A stretch of DNA of 64,000 nt from a virus, in IMG/VR virus record IMGVR_UViG_3300042197_000731, positions 32,001-96,000 of that record. One strand, written 5' to 3'. The first letter of the stretch is position 1; each line of letters opens with the position of its first letter. This document shows, piece after piece, positions 58,620 through 64,000 of this stretch. Below the pieces are notes generated by a model, which saw nothing but the letters and a program-made list of their open reading frames with translations, made no database searches and had not been told where the DNA came from. Position numbers and translations under genes: made by a program.

Positions 58620-58822
58620 TTGATATTCCAATCCTTTTTTGCTTGTTCAATGACTTTACATGGGTTCATAATTGCCCACGCGCCTATGATAGCAGGCGCA
58701 GCGAGTAAAAACAATATCTTTTTAACCGAAGATATTTCCATCACAGGAGGATGATGCGGGCATCTACCTTGATTGAAATCACACTTTGATGAATAATTTT
58801 CACCACATGTATCACATTTCAT
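58616..58822 (-). CDS. Hypothetical protein
   Basis: 68 aa, Cys-rich N-terminus and one TM helix. Confidence 0.5.
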   Translation of the reverse strand: MKCDTCGENYSSKCDFNQGRCPHHPPVMEISSVKKILFLLAAPAIIGAWAIMNPCKVIEQAKKDWNIK

Positions 58823-58833
58823 AATTTTTCCTA

Positions 58834-59313
58834 TTATTGAGATTTGTTATTTTTTGCGAACTCGGCATCCGCAACACGTTTACGAAGACTACTGGAACTA
58901 AAACTATGATCACGGCCATTAAAAATTAATTTAATGTTTCGCTTCTCGCATATTTCTTTGCCCGTAAAATTCTTATCAGCATACTCCACACCTAAAATTC
59001 TAACATCTATGGGCAAAGTTAGCAGAATGTCTTCAAGATCTTTTTCTGTTTCATACACTATGATTTCGTCTACATATCTTGTGGCGGCCAGTTGAATTTG
59101 TCGCTCAACAATACTTTGTACTGGACGATTTTTTGTGTCTGGGCGATCAATAGTTGGATTAGTTTGTAGCCCAGCAATCAGATAGTCGCAATGATTTTTC
59201 GCTTCTGCTAGCATAGCAATATGTCCCGCATGAGGACCTAAGTCAAATGTAGAAAAAGTAATTCCTATCTTGAGACCTTTTTCTTTTAACTCTTTAACTT
59301 TGTTGAATATCAT
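58834..59313 (-). CDS. Cytidylyltransferase (TagD-like)
   Basis: TFDLGPHAGH, LIAGLQ, RYVDEI and HSFSSS.LR. Confidence 0.85.
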   Translation of the reverse strand: MIFNKVKELKEKGLKIGITFSTFDLGPHAGHIAMLAEAKNHCDYLIAGLQTNPTIDRPDTKNRPVQSIVERQIQLAATRYVDEIIVYETEKDLEDILLTLPIDVRILGVEYADKNFTGKEICEKRNIKLIFNGRDHSFSSSSLRKRVADAEFAKNNKSQ

Positions 59314-59482
59314 CTGTCTTCTTTTTTAGAGTGATAGTACCGTCATCTTGAACATCCCATACCAGGGTATCTCCGATTTTCCAGTCCATTTTTTGAAGTA
59401 AATCATCTGGAAAAGTTAGCATCAAGTTTTCTGGATCTTCTGGATCTGATTCAACGTTTAGAATGTATGAGTTTGTATTCAT
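59294..59482 (-). CDS. AbrB/MazE/SpoVT-like small DNA-binding protein
   Basis: LMLTFPDDLLQKMDWKIGDTLVW..TITLKK pattern. Confidence 0.7.
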   Translation of the reverse strand: MNTNSYILNVESDPEDPENLMLTFPDDLLQKMDWKIGDTLVWDVQDDGTITLKKKTDDIQQS

Positions 59483-59886
59483 CGTGTTTTTTGATCTACA
59501 CCTAGTGCGGAAGAAAGAATATCATCACTGTTTGGAGTTTCATCAGAAACTGCCATAATAGCATCCGCGTCTACACGCCTGATGATAAACTCTTGACCAT
59601 CAATTTCAACTTTTATACCGCGCGTCCAACGACCATGCTCTACTAGGACCCATTGTTCTGGCACCACATCTTGCTGTTCTGGTCCAATAGCATATACTTT
59701 TGCCCATCGTGGTCTAATGCCAGACGCTTTAGCATCGTCACCTAGCAGAACAAGACCACTAGATAACTTCCGTTCACCGAAATTCATTTCGGAAACAATT
59801 ACATGATTTTTGATGGGAATAATGCCCTTAATTTTGTTTGTAAATTGATACTTGATAGTCGTATCAAACGGATTATTTAATTTCAT
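59479..59886 (-). CDS. groES: GroES-like co-chaperonin
   Basis: PIKNHVIV, SSGLVL mobile loop, VYAIGP and IMAV. Confidence 0.75.
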   Translation of the reverse strand: MKLNNPFDTTIKYQFTNKIKGIIPIKNHVIVSEMNFGERKLSSGLVLLGDDAKASGIRPRWAKVYAIGPEQQDVVPEQWVLVEHGRWTRGIKVEIDGQEFIIRRVDADAIMAVSDETPNSDDILSSALGVDQKTR

Positions 59887-60077
59887 TGTCGTCCTCGTTG
59901 ATTGTACTTGTCTTTGATTATATCATTCTTTTTCTTAACAATGTTACCATATTGGTCAACCACATCACCACGAGCATTGACGTTCATGTTTCCTACAGCA
60001 ACTTCGCGTTCATGTAACAGTCTTAAACGGTCCATATCTATTGATTTGCCCTGGGCTGTTTTATATACTTTTGGCAT
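59883..60077 (-). CDS. Hypothetical protein
   Basis: 64 aa with YKTAQGKSIDM..AVGNMNVNARGD. Confidence 0.65.
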   Translation of the reverse strand: MPKVYKTAQGKSIDMDRLRLLHEREVAVGNMNVNARGDVVDQYGNIVKKKNDIIKDKYNQRGRQ

Positions 60078-60086
60078 AAAATATCC

Positions 60087-60602
60087 TTACTTTAAAAATT
60101 CTCGTATATCAAGTTCGTACACAATACTGTTTACTTTATGAACACCTAGTAAATACAACACATAACTAGCAGTGCTGGATCCGCGTCCTATTCCATAAAC
60201 AACATCATGTTTTTTGAATACGTCTACCATATATTTAAGAAACCGTAGCAAATCAAACAGATTTCTTTCTTGAAATAGTAGTAATTCGTCGGCCACTCTA
60301 CACAATTCATCGTCTGATTTACAAAGTCCAACTATGTAATCAACGATATTTAGATCTTTGTATTCTTGTGGTATATGCCAATTTGATGTGTTTATGGTAT
60401 CAAACTCTGCCAATGATAAATCGTGAAATTCCTCGTACTTTGCCAGTGGAGAAATATCTAGATAAAAATGTGATACGGCAGCATTATAGGTATCAGGATC
60501 CCTTACTGAAACACCATCAAGGGATGCCTTTGGATTTTTATACAGTAAAGCATATAAATCATCTGATGATAGATATGCTCTACCGTAATCGTCAAATTTC
60601 AT
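60087..60602 (-). CDS. Stand-alone fragment homologous to DNA polymerase III alpha (DnaE) palm region
   Basis: RVADEL...YGIGRGSSTASYVLYLLGVHKVNSIVYEL...FL. Confidence 0.75.
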   Translation of the reverse strand: MKFDDYGRAYLSSDDLYALLYKNPKASLDGVSVRDPDTYNAAVSHFYLDISPLAKYEEFHDLSLAEFDTINTSNWHIPQEYKDLNIVDYIVGLCKSDDELCRVADELLLFQERNLFDLLRFLKYMVDVFKKHDVVYGIGRGSSTASYVLYLLGVHKVNSIVYELDIREFLK

Positions 60603-60835
60603 TTGGTTTGAACTAAATCTTTCAAGGATTCGTTTTTCTTATTTACTTCTTCAAGTGTCTTTTGATGCCTACGACTGGCCTCGGCATTATATTCATCAAG
60701 TAGCATATGAATTTGACCTACTACACTGTAATTTCCAAGACGATAACTTTGTGTTAGATAGTTAGTCAGTTCAGAAATCTTCTTGAATAGATCTTGATCA
60801 TTTATGGCTGATAAATCTTCAACTAGTGGATGCAT
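60599..60835 (-). CDS. Hypothetical protein
   Basis: 78-aa helical ORF. Confidence 0.6.
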   Translation of the reverse strand: MHPLVEDLSAINDQDLFKKISELTNYLTQSYRLGNYSVVGQIHMLLDEYNAEASRRHQKTLEEVNKKNESLKDLVQTK

Positions 60836-60836
60836 C

Positions 60837-60971
60837 TTAATTCTCCGTCTGTATTTTCAGTAATTCTTCTAGTTTTTCTCTGGCCAGATAAATTCTACCG
60901 TCACAAAGATATTCATAGATTGACGTAAGAATTTTGTGAGTAGTCACATCATATAGTGCTTCACTTCTCAT
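60837..60971 (-). CDS. Small hypothetical protein (44 aa)
   Basis: Read by hand; ATGA overlap with the mazG stop, and it fills the gap. Confidence 0.4.
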   Translation of the reverse strand: MRSEALYDVTTHKILTSIYEYLCDGRIYLAREKLEELLKIQTEN

Positions 60972-61390
60972 AGATCACCGTCCGCTCTATTTTCACTGCG
61001 ATAGACATCAAATTTACCACCTGGATATCGTGCTTCCAATTTCCTAACGTTTTCAGCAATAACCTCGTTTGGATCATACCCCAGTGCCCTACACGCATTT
61101 ACCCAGTACCAGGCGATATCACCAAGTTCACGCATCATATGAAAACGATTTTCTTCAGTAAATGGCTTACCTTGAAATAGCATCTTTTTGACGATTTCAC
61201 TAAACTCACCACCTTCGCTGGACAACCCAACACTAGCAGTCAACAGTAGTGGAACATTTAGTTGAATTCCTGCTAAAGCGGCCTGTTTTTCCAAATTATG
61301 AATGCTTTCAATCAATGATTGAACATTATTGGATTGTTTACTGGTAACTGTGCCTACAAATTCTTTGTAACGATTGAGATCAACTTCCAT
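60968..61390 (-). CDS. mazG: MazG-like nucleotide pyrophosphohydrolase
   Basis: GLSSEGGEFSEIVKK, RELGDIAWY and NVRKLEARYP. Confidence 0.88.
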   Translation of the reverse strand: MEVDLNRYKEFVGTVTSKQSNNVQSLIESIHNLEKQAALAGIQLNVPLLLTASVGLSSEGGEFSEIVKKMLFQGKPFTEENRFHMMRELGDIAWYWVNACRALGYDPNEVIAENVRKLEARYPGGKFDVYRSENRADGDL

Positions 61391-61458
61391 TTTTAATTCC
61401 TTAAAGTGTTAATGATTATAACACAATCTGGGATGATATCAATCGTTACGTGAACAAA

Positions 61459-62709
61459 TTAGCCAATTCTGTACCAAACACCATTTCCGCTGTTTATGGT
61501 TGAGTTGGCGTAATAGATCCAACTTCCGCCGACAGTGGTGTTTACTGTAGTACCATTTAATGAGCCGTATACCGTATCTGTACCGGAACCACCGTGAGTT
61601 AGTGTTGTAATTGTATTGGCAAATGATATACGAATTACTTGGCCCTGCATAGCGCCAGTAGGCATGATTACTGTATAGGTAGATATAGTTGACGATGTTG
61701 GATTTACAGCGGCGAATCCAGCAGCATTTGATAGTGTAGTAGATCCACCGTCCGTAGCAGTAACAAGTTCTACGCCATATGCATCGCCGCCACATAGATC
61801 GCTAATACCATTTACAGTCAGATTTCCTACGTTAGCATTGCCAGATACGGCCAGTGATGTTAGAGTTCCTAGTAGTGTAACATTTGGCTGAACGTTGGTA
61901 ATCAGATTGCCTTGAATGCCACTGTTTGCTATAAAATAATTAGCCGTAACGTTGCCTGTAAACGAAGCGTCAGTTCCCGTGCTAACCATATTACCAATGA
62001 AGTTGTTAGCAGTGATGTTGCCTATTGCTACTCCACCAACGTTTGTAACAGTCATGGTAATACCAGTAGTAGCAGCACCACCAACATCAGTTGTAATGAC
62101 CAGATTGCCACCCATAACCCGAGTTTTGTTATTTACCCAGTCCACGAGATAGAAACTGGTGCCACCGTCGATGGTGCCTACTTCATATGTGTAAGTACCT
62201 GGACCGTCAAACGTCAATACACGACTAGTAGTGTTATAGCCAGCAATATCGTATGCTTTGGTAACACTGGCTGGCATAGTAACCGTATGTGCTGAGTTTG
62301 CTACGATTATCTGAAGGACAATTCTAGCAAAACTTCCGTTCGTTGGAGCAAAACCGGTAAAGCCACTGATAGTAGTAGAACCCGCAAGGGTCATTGTTTG
62401 AAATGTGCCCGTATCAAAGTTAACGCTAACAGAACCAGATACCGCATTACCTACATTGAAGTATTTTTCTCTAATACCCTGCATTTGGGCATTGGTAATC
62501 AGATTGCCCTGTAAGTTATTGTTAAATGTGCCATTATTAAGTGGACTTGCCAAAATTACTTTGTTTTGTAAATCAGTTATTTCTTCATACGCTGATTCAA
62601 AGTTATTTTTAATATTAGTAAAATTGTCTCTAAATCCTTGACTACTATTATCCTGACCTGCGACAGGATAAGTGCCATCAATGATGTTATAATTTATTTG
62701 ACTTGCCAT
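61459..62709 (-). CDS. Virion structural protein (fibre-like)
   Basis: YPVAGQDNSSQGFRDNF N-terminus and GNVTAN repeats; G/T/N-rich. Confidence 0.7.
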   Translation of the reverse strand: MASQINYNIIDGTYPVAGQDNSSQGFRDNFTNIKNNFESAYEEITDLQNKVILASPLNNGTFNNNLQGNLITNAQMQGIREKYFNVGNAVSGSVSVNFDTGTFQTMTLAGSTTISGFTGFAPTNGSFARIVLQIIVANSAHTVTMPASVTKAYDIAGYNTTSRVLTFDGPGTYTYEVGTIDGGTSFYLVDWVNNKTRVMGGNLVITTDVGGAATTGITMTVTNVGGVAIGNITANNFIGNMVSTGTDASFTGNVTANYFIANSGIQGNLITNVQPNVTLLGTLTSLAVSGNANVGNLTVNGISDLCGGDAYGVELVTATDGGSTTLSNAAGFAAVNPTSSTISTYTVIMPTGAMQGQVIRISFANTITTLTHGGSGTDTVYGSLNGTTVNTTVGGSWIYYANSTINSGNGVWYRIG

Positions 62710-64000
62710 TATGTTATTACTCCAACTTGGGGATACTTCAGATATTTATCTCCGGATCCTGGCTCTTTATATTGTTCTCTGAAATTATGTATGAAACTAA
62801 CGTTTGATACCGTTACTAACGCATTTGTGTATAAGGTAATATTTGAATCACTGTTAATAGTTTTTACGGTTCCAACTTTTACATTGGTATTTACTATGAT
62901 AGTATCATTTACATAAATTTCACTGCCGAATATAGTAGAACTTGATATAGATGAATAGGATACGGATGATAGAGTATTTTCTACTGGAGAATCAATAACT
63001 AAAGTTTCGGCACTAATAATTCTGATAATATCACCTAATTCTTCGCCAGTATCTGATCTATATAGTGGACGACCAGCACGTAATTCAGTATTGAAACTAG
63101 TTCCGTTACCATTAATTATGGTACTACCAACAGTTGAACTAATAGTGCCAGCACCATTAACTGTTAGTGTTAACCCAACTATAATGTTACTATTTGTATT
63201 TGCGCTAATAGTTCCTGTACCAGCAACGAAATTATTTGCTATAAATGTATTTGCTGTTTTGTTGTAACTAGTACTCATACTGTTATCCCATAGATAACGA
63301 TCAATGGTAAAATCAACACGATTTAGTAAATTTATATTTTGACGAACACGATATGCTACTTCTTTACCTTTGCCGGGTATGGTATAGCATAAAATCAATG
63401 CTCTGGTAAAGCCGAGTACAGTGCCATTTTCTTGTCTACTGGTCATCCAGTCAGGTAATACTCCACGATTTGAATAACCAACGCCATTTACCATTCTAGT
63501 TTCCATATTTGGAAAACTATTTGGATAAATTGTGCTTATGTTTTGACTATTTGCCGGTAAACTAACCGCTAAATTAGGACCCAACCCCTCGTTATTAACC
63601 TGTTCATCAATTATATCTACATAAACTACTTCATATTTGGTATTAAAATTGCTATCTACTGCTATAGCAGTTTTCACTGGTCCAAATCTTAGAGTTTTCC
63701 AATAATGATTTAGAGTCATTGATTGTACATATATGCTTGCTTCTCTAGGCTTTAATCCTGCCAAGAATAAACTTCTACGTAGCGTATTTTTGCCAAACCA
63801 TGGATCATTTGATCTATACAAATATGATTGTGGGAAAATATCGGTATTATCTATCAGAGATTTATAACTATCTCGTTCACTGGAATCGGGTAATATTTGA
63901 ATGTATAAGTTCTCATACGGTTCTATAATAGGCGCCAATACTGTTAATGTGAAAGTTTTTGTACTATAAACAAAGTTGTTGGCATCGTATACTGCTACTG
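62709..64000 (-). CDS. Virion structural protein, 5'-truncated by the window edge
   Basis: The frame is open to the right edge; YEVVYVDIID, LPDWMTSRQ, FTIDRY and DKYLKYP motifs. Confidence 0.7.
   Translation of the reverse strand, partial: VAVYDANNFVYSTKTFTLTVLAPIIEPYENLYIQILPDSSERDSYKSLIDNTDIFPQSYLYRSNDPWFGKNTLRRSLFLAGLKPREASIYVQSMTLNHYWKTLRFGPVKTAIAVDSNFNTKYEVVYVDIIDEQVNNEGLGPNLAVSLPANSQNISTIYPNSFPNMETRMVNGVGYSNRGVLPDWMTSRQENGTVLGFTRALILCYTIPGKGKEVAYRVRQNINLLNRVDFTIDRYLWDNSMSTSYNKTANTFIANNFVAGTGTISANTNSNIIVGLTLTVNGAGTISSTVGSTIINGNGTSFNTELRAGRPLYRSDTGEELGDIIRIISAETLVIDSPVENTLSSVSYSSISSSTIFGSEIYVNDTIIVNTNVKVGTVKTINSDSNITLYTNALVTVSNVSFIHNFREQYKEPGSGDKYLKYPQVGVIT

Noticed and set aside
1-64000. 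Stop-codon reassignment
   Set aside because: Coding density is high under the standard code, and TAA, TAG and TGA all end recognisable genes.

Overview
This 64 kb window is from a large, AT-rich, lytic dsDNA tailed phage (jumbo myovirus-like, standard genetic code, TAAATA-type late promoters). No tRNA, rRNA, CRISPR array or integrase was seen. From left to right: virion structural genes (a >3240-aa protein running off the left edge and a tail fibre with a C-terminal chaperone); a very AT-rich glycosyltransferase-like island; dCMP deaminase, thymidylate synthase and DHFR; a GC-richer MoxR-type AAA ATPase plus vWA/HEXXH pair; RNase H-like flap nuclease; a TET-associated-type glycosyltransferase; sliding clamp; a family B DNA polymerase fractured by a split intein around a free-standing Vsr/EDxHD-like homing endonuclease; Dps; three or four long, modular, probably protease-processed head polyproteins; ClpA, DnaJ and GroES; a lysis cassette (GH19 endolysin, two spanins, holin); PhoH; clamp loader; a DnaE fragment; MazG; and more structural genes running off the right edge. 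The two most unusual signals are (1) five near-identical in-frame 17-nt repeats (CAAGGTGTGGCGGAAGG, QGVAEG) that separate unrelated 52-71 aa modules in one gene like a cassette array, and (2) a structured intergenic element carrying two permuted segments identical to the 23S rRNA helix 69/70 region. All product calls come from motif recognition by eye, not from database searches.
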